NCBI GenBank assembly: GCA_951406725.2
Contig: OX597817.1
Coordinates: 72,602,001-72,666,000, forward strand
Source: Octopus vulgaris
Lineage: Eukaryota
DNA: 64,000 nt
Direction of reading: 5' to 3'
In this document: piece by piece, positions 38,640-51,400 of the stretch
How positions within the stretch are numbered: position 1 is the stretch's first letter
Layout: each line of letters starts with the position of its first letter
The notes under the pieces: generated by a model
Seen by the model: the letters and a program-made list of their open reading frames with translations, nothing else
Database searches by the model: none
What the model was told of the DNA's origin: nothing
Program-made: the position numbers and the translations under genes

Positions 38640-41180
38640 TTATTTCTAATAGAGAGCACAAGGCCAAAAATTGGGTGAGGAGGTGAACAGTCTATTATAA
38701 AAACCTCAGTACTTGACTCGTACTTTATTGACCCTGAAAATATGAAAGGTAAAGTTGACCTAGGAGGGATTTGAACACCATCGTAAAGATAAAGAAATAT
38801 AAAGTTATGGGTTCTGATTTAGGTGCAAGGCCAACAATTTTAAGGGGAAGGGCTAGTTGATGCCATGACCCTAGTACTTCACTGGTACTCTACTTTATCG
38901 ACCCTGGATGGTTGAAAGGTAAAGCTGACTTCAATAGAATTTGAAACCAGAGAGTAAGAGCCAGAAGGAATGCCCCAAAGCATTCTCTCTGATGCTCAAC
39001 GATTCTGCTAATCTACCACCAACGTTTCAAGTTTTGACACAAGGCCAGCAATTTTAAAACATTGGGATTAATCGACTACATTGATCCCAGTACTTGACTG
39101 GTACTTTATTTTATCGACCCTAAAAGGATGAAAGTCTCAGTTGACCAATGTGGGATCTGAACTCAAGTGTGTAAAGAGCCAGAATAAATGCTGCTACACA
39201 TTTTGTCAGACACACTAGGCACAAGGAAACACATTTTGGGTCAATTGATCTCCAGCACTAGACTAGACTGGTATATATTTCATCAACTCTGGCAGGATCT
39301 GAAACCAGAGTGTAATGAAACTGAAATATCCACACTACAGATATCAACCAATTCAGGTTCTCTTCTCAATAATTTCTCATATTGACACAAGGCCTCAATT
39401 TTTAAGGGGAGGAGAGCAGTTGATTAAATCAACCCAGTACTTGACTATTACTATATTTATTGACCCCTGTAAGTATTAAAAAAATGCCAAGTTGATCTTA
39501 GTAGGATTTGAACTCAGAACATTGAGAGAAGTAAGCCAATACAGCAAAATATTTTGTTCATAATTCTAAAAATTCTGATATTCAACTACCATGATTATTT
39601 CTAACAAAGGCCCAGGGCCAGAAATTTGAAGGTGGGAGAGGTTGGTCGACTCAATCAAACAACCCAGAGTTCACTGGTACTTTATTATATTGGCTCTGGT
39701 GCGATGAAGGCAAAGCTGATCTTCGCAACATTTAGAATATAAAATGCTGGAACAATTTATCAGAAAACGTTTTGTGAGATCCTCTACCAATTCTACCACT
39801 GCAGCAGCAGCAATAATAATAATAATAATAATCCTTTCTACTAGAGGCACAAGGCCTCAAATTAGGGAAGAGGGGACTAGTTGATTAAATCGACCTCTGT
39901 GTTCCACTGACACTTAATCAACCCCGAAAGGATGAAAGGCAAAGTCGACCTCGGCGGAATTTGAACTCAGAACGTAGCAATGGGCGAAATACCACTAAGC
40001 ATTTCGTCCAGCACGCTAACAATTCTAATAACATAGGCAAAAGGCCTGATATCTTAGGAAAAGGGGTTAGTCAATTACATCAACCCCATTAATATTAATG
40101 ATTTCAAATTTTGACAAACAGCCAGCAATTTCGGGGGGGGGGGGAGTAAGTTGATTACATTGACCCATGTGCTTAACTGGTACTTTATCGACTCCAAAAG
40201 AACAAAAGGTGAAGTCGACCTTGGAGGTATTTGAATTCAGAGCATAATTAAAGACGAAATGCTGCTGGACATTTTGTCTAATGTGTTAACTATTCTGCTA
40301 GCTCGATGCCTTAAAAAAAAATAAATAAATAAATAAATAATGGTCAGAACATTAAGGTAATTTCAGTCAAAAAATACAAAGAATGATAGTAAACTTAGAT
40401 GTAATTCTATGCTAGAATTTAAGGAGTTCAATGCTAAAAACATCAAATACCAATAAACGTAAATAATACACTAGAGAGAAATCTTTCTGTCTTTCAACTA
40501 GACCCAAGCTTAGTTGATCAAAATTAAAAGCAGTAGTCTATTGAATTAACTCTAATCCACTAGAGAGATATAAAAGACAAAGTTAATAGTGGTAGAAATT
40601 GAAATTGAACTCAAAAAACAGTAGGAGCTAAACTAAATAGTGCAAATCATTTCAGTCTGATTCTATATGATTTCTGCTACTTTAATACCCTCAACCAATG
40701 AAATGAAAAAGGAAATAATTTTCTGGCTAGAAATTTTTAGTGGGCAAGATGAGACAGTGAATTAACTCAATCCCAGTAGTTAAATAATACTTTGTTTCAT
40801 CAACTCAAAAGAAGTTGAACTCAGCAGAATTTGAAGTCAGAATATGAATAGCTAGAGCAAATACCACAAGGCAATATTGACTGACTTGAATAATTCTGCA
40901 TTCCACAGTAGTAATAGTAGTAGTTGTTGTTCCCACCATTGGCACTAAGATTGAAATTTATTTTATCAGAGAAGAGTCAGTCAATAAAATAGACCCAATG
41001 GTACTTATTTTATCAATGTGAGGAAATGAAAGTCGATGTTGACCAGGATAAGTTAATAACTAAAAAGTGAAAGGCATCATTTTTTCCAGCACACACTGTT
41101 CAGCAAATCAACCACCTTAAAACTTTTTAATCAATTAATGAATAAAAATACTATTGAATTTCTTTCATAGGCACAAGCCT
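38640..41180 (-). repeat. Head-to-tail cluster of about 12 diverged Nin/Deu SINE copies
   Basis: CACAAGGCC...GGATGAAAGGCAAAGTYGACC...ATTTGAACTCAG recurs about every 170-240 bp, all on the same strand. Confidence 0.85.
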
Positions 41181-41937
41181 ATGAATTTGAAATAGAAGCA
41201 GAGAACAATGAAATAATAGCGCTGTCAGAAACTGAAATGCAAACCAGATTGGAGTTTTTATCTAACTATGCGCTTAAGTCTTCTATTTTAATCCAAGAGA
41301 TAAAGTTGTATTTTTATTACAGTATGATTTTTGCGCGAGAGAGAGAAATAACAAAAGATCAAAGACTATCTTTCATTTTGGCTTCCTTTATCAAAGTACC
41401 TAAAAATTCAAGCAGCTATTCATGAAGTGGAAGAAATCAGATGTCAGCCTAATAATTCTTTTAAAGGAGTCACAAGATTTTTCTTGGTTGTATATCATTA
41501 GTATGTCATTTTAAATATAAAATAGAGAAAAAATTAAAATGTAACAAAATAAAATAAAAAATAAAAATTCACAGCAGTATAAATTTTCAATTTTGTTTTA
41601 TATAATCATGAAATCATAAAGTTGTTTACTCCCTCCCTTCCAGAGGTGATTTGGGTTAATTTTATACAGAAAGACAGAAACACTAATGCATACACACAAT
41701 CACTTTCACATTCTTGCATGTGCATATACAAGGGATGGACAATCCTTTTCCAAAAAAAGTAGGCCACATGAGACATTGTTCATCATCAGGCAGGTCGCAC
41801 CACTCAAAAATTGATAATTTTTTCATTAGGCATGCCATTCAGAAAATTCCACAGGCCATACGTTGCCCATAACTGGATATAGACACATATCAGATATTTG
41901 TGTGTGCATGTGTATACATATACATAGATACACACAT

Positions 41938-41969
<32 letters not shown>

Positions 41970-42883
41970 CTATGTATGTTACTATTTACATATGTATATA
42001 TGCTAGTCATGTTTAAAGTAAACAGGAATTATATGTTATCTGGACATAAGGTTTCATTCAATCAGTCATTTAATTGACCCACTATACACGTCAGCAACTC
42101 GGGTTGAAAGAGAAAAACAAAAATGTTCTTCAAAGAACCAAGCATAAAATCCTATTTACCTTTCGTACGACAAACATATATCAGAATCATCACACTTATA
42201 ATACAAAGAATGTATTGAACATTTGCCTTTCTTTTTTTCTTTATACCTCAAAATAAATGAAAACAACACATACAGGATCACAATGAAGTCCTCATGCAAT
42301 TATAAATTTTTTAATAACATTAATTCTATATATGATAGAATTAAATTGTAAAGAACACAAAGAAGTTTGATGTATCTTATTGTCATCAAGAAATTTAAAA
42401 ACATTTTTTTTTTTGACATTATTTTATAAGGACGTGTAAAGATTAGTTTTCACAACCCAAGTTCTAAAATAATAACTAGTGTAATTCAGAATATAGTTGA
42501 AAAATCAGCTACAAACTTATTTCTAGAACATCAGAATCAAATCAGTTTGTATACCTGAGAGCGTACACTAAAATTTTAAAATCTTGAAAAATTTAACTGA
42601 AACTGTAATAACTTCTTCCACTGATATATATGCATGTGTGTGTGTGTATACACACACAGAGATAGTAGAGAAGATGACTGCACAGAAAGCAAGAGCCCCA
42701 CTGGGTCCTGATTCTGCTATTTCATGTGCCTTTAAACTCAGGATTTTATGTTAATATTGGCCGAATAAGCCATCTCGGCAGCTAAGAAAAATAGAGCTGC
42801 TTAATATGGTCATCTTCAGAGTCATGAATGTCAAATATCAGATTTATAACCAAAGTTATACAAATTTAAAATTGAATAGGAAC

Positions 42884-42925
<42 letters not shown>

Positions 42926-43409
42926 TACGTACATACATACACACAGTTTTCAGTCATTGGACTGTGGCCGTGTTAGGGTACTGCCTGTAGGGTTTCAGGC
43001 AATTATATCAACCCCAATACTTTATTAGCTATTTATTTTATCAACCTTGTATGGGCAAACAACAAAACCAACCTGAATTTAAAGTGATGTGATCAGGGTG
43101 GAACTAAATAACACAAGGTATTTTTGTTTTTACACAGATTGCATCATTCCATTTATTACAAACGCACAGACACACACGTCTAACAAGCTTCCACACACTC
43201 CTGTCAACCAAATTTCTATCACAAGGATGTGACTGTTCCACCCTTTACTAGAAACCATGGTACAGGTTGAGACTTGCCCAAGGTTCTGCACAGCTGGAGC
43301 AAACCTGGAGCTACAGAACTGCAAAGCAGCCGTCATACACACATCTCCACATTCTTGTATTAAGTTCATTTCATACCATTCATTACAACCAAACAATACA
43401 CTGTGTGCA

Positions 43410-43463
<54 letters not shown>

Positions 43464-44531
43464 TTCTTGTACAAAACTGGAAATACTTTTTGTGAAAAAA
43501 ATAATTTGTAAATCATTTTACAGAATATGCTCAACTTAAAGTAAATATCAAGAGTAAGAAGAAGAAAAAAATAATAATAATAATAATTATAACAATAAAT
43601 CTAAAAAATAAATAAAAGATAAATACAAAAATTCAGAATAGAAAAAGAAATTCAGCAATGAGGCCCAAAGAATGAGCGATTGTTGGGGACATTCATGGAA
43701 GGAAGGTCTTAGGGTGGGCATATCAGTTAGTGAAGCGAAGCATCTGAGACAAGAAAATTGAGGAAAGTTTGTAAAATGTTTTCATGTTACTCTAATCAAA
43801 TCAGCAAACACTTCAAAATAACATACAAAAGAAAGTCAATATATTTTTATTATGAAATGAGTTTTTTTGTGTTTTTTGTTAGGTTTTTGGTGTTTTTGTT
43901 CATTTGTTTTTTTTTATGTGATGCCTGTCATTGTTTCTTTTTTATATTTTTTGGAACTACTTTGCTCCATCTTTTGATATGTTGCTCAAACATTTCATTC
44001 AGTATTCTCTCCAGTCTATCTTCAAGTGGTATTCCCAGACTATGTAGACTAAGGAACAAAGCAACGATCCTTTCTTCTTAGGCCTGTAATTGTTAGAAAC
44101 AACTAGAACAAAGTCAGTAAAATAAGCTATTCCAGCTTCCATCTATAGACCAGCTCAGGAATACTACCTGAAGACATTTAGAGAGAACACCAAAAGAAGC
44201 ATGGTGCCAACAACACACCTAAAATGAAGAAACTGTCCAACTCACTCACACTATACCCACCAAAAACAAAAGCTGGACATCACATACAAAAGAGTTTTCT
44301 AAATTTACAAGGGTCAATTTTCATACTTCATCATATCTTTTCTTTGTTTTGTTCAATTTTTACTTTTAGTTGTCGTGTATCTTGGTTTTTTTTTGGTTTT
44401 TTTACTCAAGTTTTTTCATTACAGAAAATGTGATCCATAACCCACTTGAATTATGGATGAATTACCTGAAGACTTTATCTTCATGCTGTATATCAGAGCA
44501 GGCAAGTCACCTTAGCAAGCCCATCTCTCTC

Positions 44532-44574
<43 letters not shown>

Positions 44575-44581
<7 letters not shown>

Positions 44582-44850
44582 CCTTAACAAGAATAGTATT
44601 GACAGTGACTTCAAAGTTACATCCTACTAAGCCATCATCAGAGTAATCCTTCAATTTAATGTAAAATTGTTTTTATGTTATAATAAAAACAATTTTACAT
44701 AAAACTGAAAGATTACTCAATACATTATTGGGTAGAGTACAACTTTATCAATCTTTAGCAAGAAGTTTCAACCAGCTTCGGATGATGGCTTAACTCACTG
44801 AAACTTCAAAGTTACTATCAGTACTATTCTCATGAAAGAATAATAAATAC
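44575..44850. repeat. Older fold-back element with an internal 36-bp hairpin
   Basis: Outer arms about 44578-44644 and 44776-44846; inner hairpin 44641-44676 / 44683-44718; flanked by (TA)n. Confidence 0.75.
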
Positions 44851-45199
44851 ATACATATATATATATATATACATGTGTGTATATATTCACAGGTTTTGAG
44901 AACTGAGCACAGTAAGCTAACAAAAGTCTCTGCAATTTCAGTGTTTCTCAAAATGTTTATGGAAATGAGAGAAGTATGGCTCACACATACACCAGCGCCA
45001 TACTGTAGTGGTACTTCTTTTACATATAGATAGATATAATGAGCCGCTGAAAGTTTACAATGTACACACATCGCAGTCACCAACAAAAAGCTACGTGTAC
45101 CATGGTCTATAGCTGTGGATAGGATACTCCACAATCACCATGATAAGGAGATAGAATGAAGAACTATTAACCAGTTAGTTAGTATTTCCACTCCTCAGC

Positions 45200-48100
45200 A
45201 ACTCAATTGACTGCAGCATTTGTTTCCCATTTATTTTTTTTTTATCATATATTTTTTTCTTTTTTGCCGAAGAATATTGCAGAAAAACCAAGAACTTAAT
45301 AAATGATTTTAAAAAATGTTTTTGTTGTTTTTTTTTTCAAAAAAGAAATTGTCAAGAAAACAGGGAAGAGATGATATTTGTCAGCAGTAGAGTATTTAAA
45401 AATTTTTTTTATTGTTTATTTTTTACTTTTTTTTTTGAGTAGCACAAAAGTTTTAGTAAGAATTACAAGAGTTATGCTTTGGTTTTTTTTGTTGTATTTT
45501 TGAAGGTGGGTGGGGTTTGTAGGGTTATTTTTCTTGTTTTTTTTTTTTGTTTGTATGAGAAAGGGGTGTTCTTGGGGAGTTCCTTTTTTTTTTTTTTACA
45601 GTTCTCTTTTTGAAGGGGTTTTTTTATGGAATTCTCTTTTTTTTTTCAATTAGTTTTGACTTTTAAAATTTTTTTTTCACTTTTAATTTCATTTTTTCAA
45701 AGTTTGTTTTGAACGAAAAACAGAAAGAATCAATTGTCAATAGCACAGATAAAAAAATATTTCTTTTGCAAAAATCAATATATCAAGCAAAAGAAATATC
45801 TATAAAGAAAAAAATAGACAGATAGAAAGAGAAACAGAGAGGAAAGTGTTGTTCAATCAGGTTTTCATTTGGACTAATAAATTCATTAATCAGAAACACC
45901 AGATTAAAATCTGAAACTTTAAAAATCATTAATTTATATTTTTGTAGGAAGAAGTTAATCTAATGGTGATGCTAAGAAGGCTCTAGAAATTCATAATGCC
46001 AGCCGAATCACTAAGAAAACATAAGAGAGAGCTTTTACATTATTCTATATAATATGGAAGTGAAGTTTACAACATGGCTCACTTCTTATAGCTAACCCTC
46101 AATGAAAAACATTTTAAAAATGGACGTTGACAAATGTTATGATGAAGTCAAATGTCACTGGAACAGGCCAATGACAGTTTTGCTAATTGTGATCAGTTAG
46201 AAAGAACTAAATAGCCAGAACTGGTTGGTTGATCATATCAAATACCAGTCAACTAGGCCAATAAATTTTTCATTATATATCAATTGAAACTGGTCAGCCA
46301 GAGACAAATATTTTACTTAGGTATAAACCAATAAATTTGCTATAAGGTCAATTAGAAAACAGTCAGCCAAAACTGGTTAATAAGATCATTAAACAGCATG
46401 CAACTAGGCCAATGAATTTCACCTGATAATCAGTCAGAGGTGGTCATCACTGATATATGAAACTCTGCAGTTTAATTAAATAATTAAGCCAGTAATCAAA
46501 ACTTATAAGATGAAAGAATAAAGTTGTCTCAATCTGTATGAAGTTAAAACTAGTGTCACAAAACACTTTGTTCAGGCAAAGGATGCTTTGTCTGAAAAGA
46601 AAAAAGCTGACACTGAAGCTAACACTTGAGGATATACAAGGACATTGCTCAGCCTCGACTGACAGCAAAGTAGGATACAAATTTTATAGTTAGATTAATT
46701 AATTTAGCTCTAATCTTACAGAACTATTGATGCTTAACAATCCATAATATCAAGGCATTGACTAATTTAAAAAAAAATATATTTTTTTAAATCATTTTGA
46801 AAGCATTCATGAGAGGAGGGGTGAAAATGAAAGGGAATTTTTTTTATTTCTTTATTCCTTTTAGGTTTTTTTTAAGAAAATTTTTACGGGATTTTTCATC
46901 TTTTTTTCAATTTTTTGAAGTTTTTTCAATTTTTTTTGGCTTTTTAAAATTTTCTTTCTTTTTTAGGGGAATGTAGTGGGGAGTTAAAAAAAAATTAAAT
47001 TAGGATGGTGCGGAAGAGCAGGATGGAGAGAATAGTAATGCTTAAAGCTACAACTTCCATGTTATGTTATGGAAGACCATAGTTGAAGAATAATCATGAC
47101 GCACAAACAGTTAACTGTCTCTAGCAAGGGGAATGTCACACCAAGGCAGAAAAATACATAGTCAGACAGACGAAAATCAAAAACAGAAAGAGAGAAGAGA
47201 CTGAAAAGAATAGTAGAGAGAGAGAGACAAACAGAGATTTGGCAGAAAAAAAAAAACAATATATATTTAAACATAACTTATAAACTAAATTGAGGAAGGG
47301 AAAGAGAGAAAGCGTGAGACTGTACTCATGCACAAGTGTGAATAGTGTGAGAAAGAGAGGAATGAAAGTAGCTTATGAGAGAGAAGGAAGGAAAAAGGGA
47401 GAATTTGTGTAAGTAATTATGTGTTTCTGTATGTGTCAGAGGGGAGAGAGAAAAATGAGTGTTTGTGTGAGTGAGTATGTGTTAATATTACGAATGTTTG
47501 AGGAAAATATGTATGTGTGTACACAAGCACAAGTATGTGTGTATGTGTGTGTGTGCACTCACACATACATATTTATGTATATATGTATTGATACATGTAT
47601 GTAAAGATGGAATAGATAACTTCTGAAATTCCAGCATGTTCAAGTGAATCAAAAAGATCTTTACAAATAGTTGTTACAATTTTTATTTATTTTTCTTATT
47701 TTCTTAATTGATAAGAGTTGAAATTTGTTTTATTGTTTGTTTTTTTTTTCTTCTTAAGAAGGAAATAGATAAATAAATATTCAAATGAATTTTTTTTTTT
47801 ATTTTTTACTTTTTCTGTAGAGAAATAAAGAAGAAAAAAAAAGGATATGAACCGTAAACTTCCAAAGTTCAATATTCAGTAAAGCAAATAAACGTATCTT
47901 GGAACACTGTACAGTTCAACCAAATAAATAAATGTTTTATAGGTAGTTCTAAATATGAGAATGTTAAAAAAAAAAGGCAAATCTGTATGTATTAGGAGAG
48001 TGGTTAGTAAATAACCAATTATATCTTCAGATGAATCTCCATTGCTTCATATATATAGATGTGTGTATGTGTGGATGCATATGTGTGTGTGTGTGTGTAT

Positions 48101-48278
48101 TTATAGATATATGTATATATGTATGTATTTATATATATGAAGAAAGGTAGATATATAGCTGGAACTTCAGAATGGAAGCTTCTACATTAGAATGAGCAGT
48201 TGTAGAGTGTGAGTGAGAGAGAAGAAAAACAAACATTGAGAGAAATCTAAAGAACAGCAAGCTGTGGTCATAAGACTA
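45200..48278 (-). other. CSDE1: Probable CSDE1 3' UTR (minimum estimate)
   Basis: Directly follows the stop codon; about 3 kb with no recognisable transposon in an otherwise TE-saturated window; true end unknown. Confidence 0.5.
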
Positions 48279-48429
48279 TTATTCTAGTATTTTTACAGCT
48301 GTCCGGGCATGGGCAAAACCTTTCGTGCCGTCTGGACCTTTTGGTGCTCGAATTAGAATAATACGAGGGCCGGTCTCTTCAGTAAAACTCTTTAGTCGAT
48401 TTAAGAGGCGATCTGGGCGTCGTGTATCA
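48279..48429 (-). CDS. CSDE1: CSDE1 terminal coding exon with SUZ-C motif ([49 protein letters not shown])
   Basis: TTTAG acceptor, phase matches, TAA at 48281-48279. Confidence 0.95.
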
Positions 48430-51400
48430 CTAAATAAAAGAAAATAATTTCTAAATTACTAGCATACACCAAACGGCAAACAAAATTTCATTTAATATTC
48501 CAGAGATTCTGAACAGAAGAAAGCAACAACAAAAAAAAAAAAACATGAACATAAGCAATAAATATGAAAAATACCTACTCTTTAACCCTTTAGCATTCAG
48601 ATTATTCTGTCAAATGTAATGCTTTTTCATTCAGTGCTTTTAATTAATCATGCCTTATTGTGTTGCTTCAAAATTTTGATGAGATTGTATATTTTATAGT
48701 GGCATTGAAGGGCAGGTGCTATAGACTGGATTTAGCTGGTTAGAACAGAGGTTCTCAACCAGGGTCCATATAAGATTTTTGGAGGTCCACAATTGCAATA
48801 TAGTAAATTGGGGGTCCACAATAAATTTTCAGGGGCCATAAAAAAATTGTGCTTTAGACCAGTAAAGTTTATGTGCAATAAATTGGTTATACATCCACAA
48901 GACACAAACTAGTTTAACAATTTTAATACAAGTCCTAATAATATTCAATTATAAAAATAATAGGATTTTTTAAACATTGAATGGTTATGGGGGTCCACCC
49001 AAGTAAAACAGGAATCAAATGGGCCCATAGGTAAAAATGAGAACCCCTAGGTTAGAACATAAAACAGGTAGCCTATTTGGGCCAGATATGGCCTGTTTAA
49101 ATGCTAAAGGGTTAAATAACATGGTGTATAGCATATTCTGAGATGAGTTACAACAATATCTTCAATTCAATACTTTTCCATACTTGTATGGGTTTGACAA
49201 AGTCTATTTGAGACCAATTTTCTACAGCCCGATGTCCTTCTTGTTGCCTTCATAATCACATATTTCTAAACTCAATCCCACTGCATGTTGTCATGGATAT
49301 TTTTTACCATAGCTAGTCATGGCCAAAAGCACAGCATATCTCCAAAGGTCTCGGTCACTTGTCATCGGCTCGGTGAGGCCCAATGTTTGAAGGTTGTGCT
49401 TCACCACCTCATCCCAGATCTTCCTGGGTTTACCTCTTCCACAGGTTCCTTCTACTGCTATGGTGTGACACGTTTTCACAGTGTCCTCATCCATATGCAA
49501 CACATGACCGTACCAGCACAGTTGTCTCTCCTGCACACCAAATCTGATACTTATGCCCAACATTTTTCTCAGAGCGTTTACACTCTGTTATGTATGTACA
49601 CTGACATTACACATCTAGCAGAGCATACTAACTTCATTCCTTGCAAGCTTACGCATGTCCTCAGCAGTCACGGCCCATGTTTCACTGCGATGTAGCATGG
49701 CTTTTCCCCACACATGCGTCATACAGTCTACCTTTTACTCTGAGTGAGAGGCCCTTTGTCACCAGCAGAGTTAGGAGCTCTCTGAACTTTGCCCAGGCTT
49801 ATCTTATTCTAGCAGCTACACTCTAAGAGCGAACATCCCTGCTACTGACTTGGTCACCAAAGTAACGAAAGCTATTAACTACTAGTAGTTTTTTTCCCCT
49901 GGAATGTAACAGAAGCTGTTTTCTGCACATTTTCAGTGTTTATTGCCCCTGGGCATTTGCCACACGAAAACTATCTTCCCAATTAGCCTTCCTTTGATAT
50001 TGCTGCACCTCTTGTGTGTCCATCACTTACACCGGGTACATCTTATGGAGTTTCTACTTATGCCTTTTCTACAGATTGAGCAGGGCCATCTACCTGAAGG
50101 AATTTGTGATTTGTCTGCCTTCCTACTTATCAAGACTTTGGTTTCTGCTAGATTGACTCTATGGCCCTTCGATTCTAGCCCTTGCTTCCACACCTGAAAC
50201 TTCTCCTCTAGTTTTGATAGTGATTCAGCTATTAGAGCAAGGTCATCAGTATAGAGTAGCTCCCAGCGGCATCCTGTCTTGAATTCCTCTGTTATTGCCT
50301 TGAGGACTATGATGAATAAGAGGAGGCTGAGGACTAATCCAACCTTGGTGGACCCCTACCCTACCCAGAATTCTTCACTGTACTCGTTGCTAAACCTCAC
50401 CTTACTGGCAGCATCCCTGTATATGGTTTGTACAGCTCTCACTACCTACTCATCTATCCCTAGTTTCCACATTGACCACCAGATAAGAGATCGGGGAACC
50501 CTAACGAAAGCCAGGTATAGAGGTTTATCTTTGGCTAGGTATTTCTCCTGCAGCTGTCTTACCAGAAATACAGCATCAGTGGTGCTTTTCCCTGGTACAA
50601 ACCCAAACTGCATCTCATCTAGAGTGACTCTCTCTCTCTAATTAGTTGAGCTATGACCCTCTCCCTGACTTTCATTACCTGATCCAACAACTTGATACCA
50701 TTGTAATTATTTGTATCTAATGCATCACCTTTACCTTTGTAGCAGTTAACTATGGTACTGCTATACCAGTCACTGGATAAGAATCATTCATGTATCACCT
50801 GATTGACTATACAGGTGACTATAGTCGACACCGCCAGATATTTTAAGCATCTCTGTGGTGATTCCTGATGGTCTGGGGACTTTCCGTCTTCATACCCTTA
50901 ATTGCTTTATCTACCAAGATACTATCAATTCGGATAGCTAGTCTCTCTGTTGGGTCAACATTCATTCTCTTCATTTAGCAACCTTTCATAGTGGCATCTC
51001 CAAGTCTCTTTCCTTTCAGCCTCATTAAATGCAAGTGAACCATCATCCATGAGGACACATTTCTCTCCTATGACATCATGACTCCCTCTCACACAGTTTT
51101 GCAACATGAAACACTGCAAGTCTTTGGTCCTCACGATGCAGAACATTGGCAAGTATTTTCTTATCTGCTTCCCCTCTGGCTAAGTAAACCTGTCTCCTAG
51201 CTTCCCGTTTTGCATCTGAGACAATTCCCTGCTACCACCAATCCTTCCATGCCTGTTTCTTTTCCCAAATGGCCCTGTCAACTACACTGTTCCACCACCT
51301 TAGGTCGAGAGGGGACATTGCACCATTCACAGATTTGGTCAGTAACCCTCAACAGGTTGTCCCGTAGAAACCTCCAGTTGTCTTCCACATTGTGTGATGT

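Noticed and set aside
26000-48000. A RAS-family gene downstream of CSDE1, as in the vertebrate CSDE1-NRAS linkage
   Set aside because: No GxxxxGKS, DTAG or NKxD exons found by eye; the neighbour is a convergent aGPCR.
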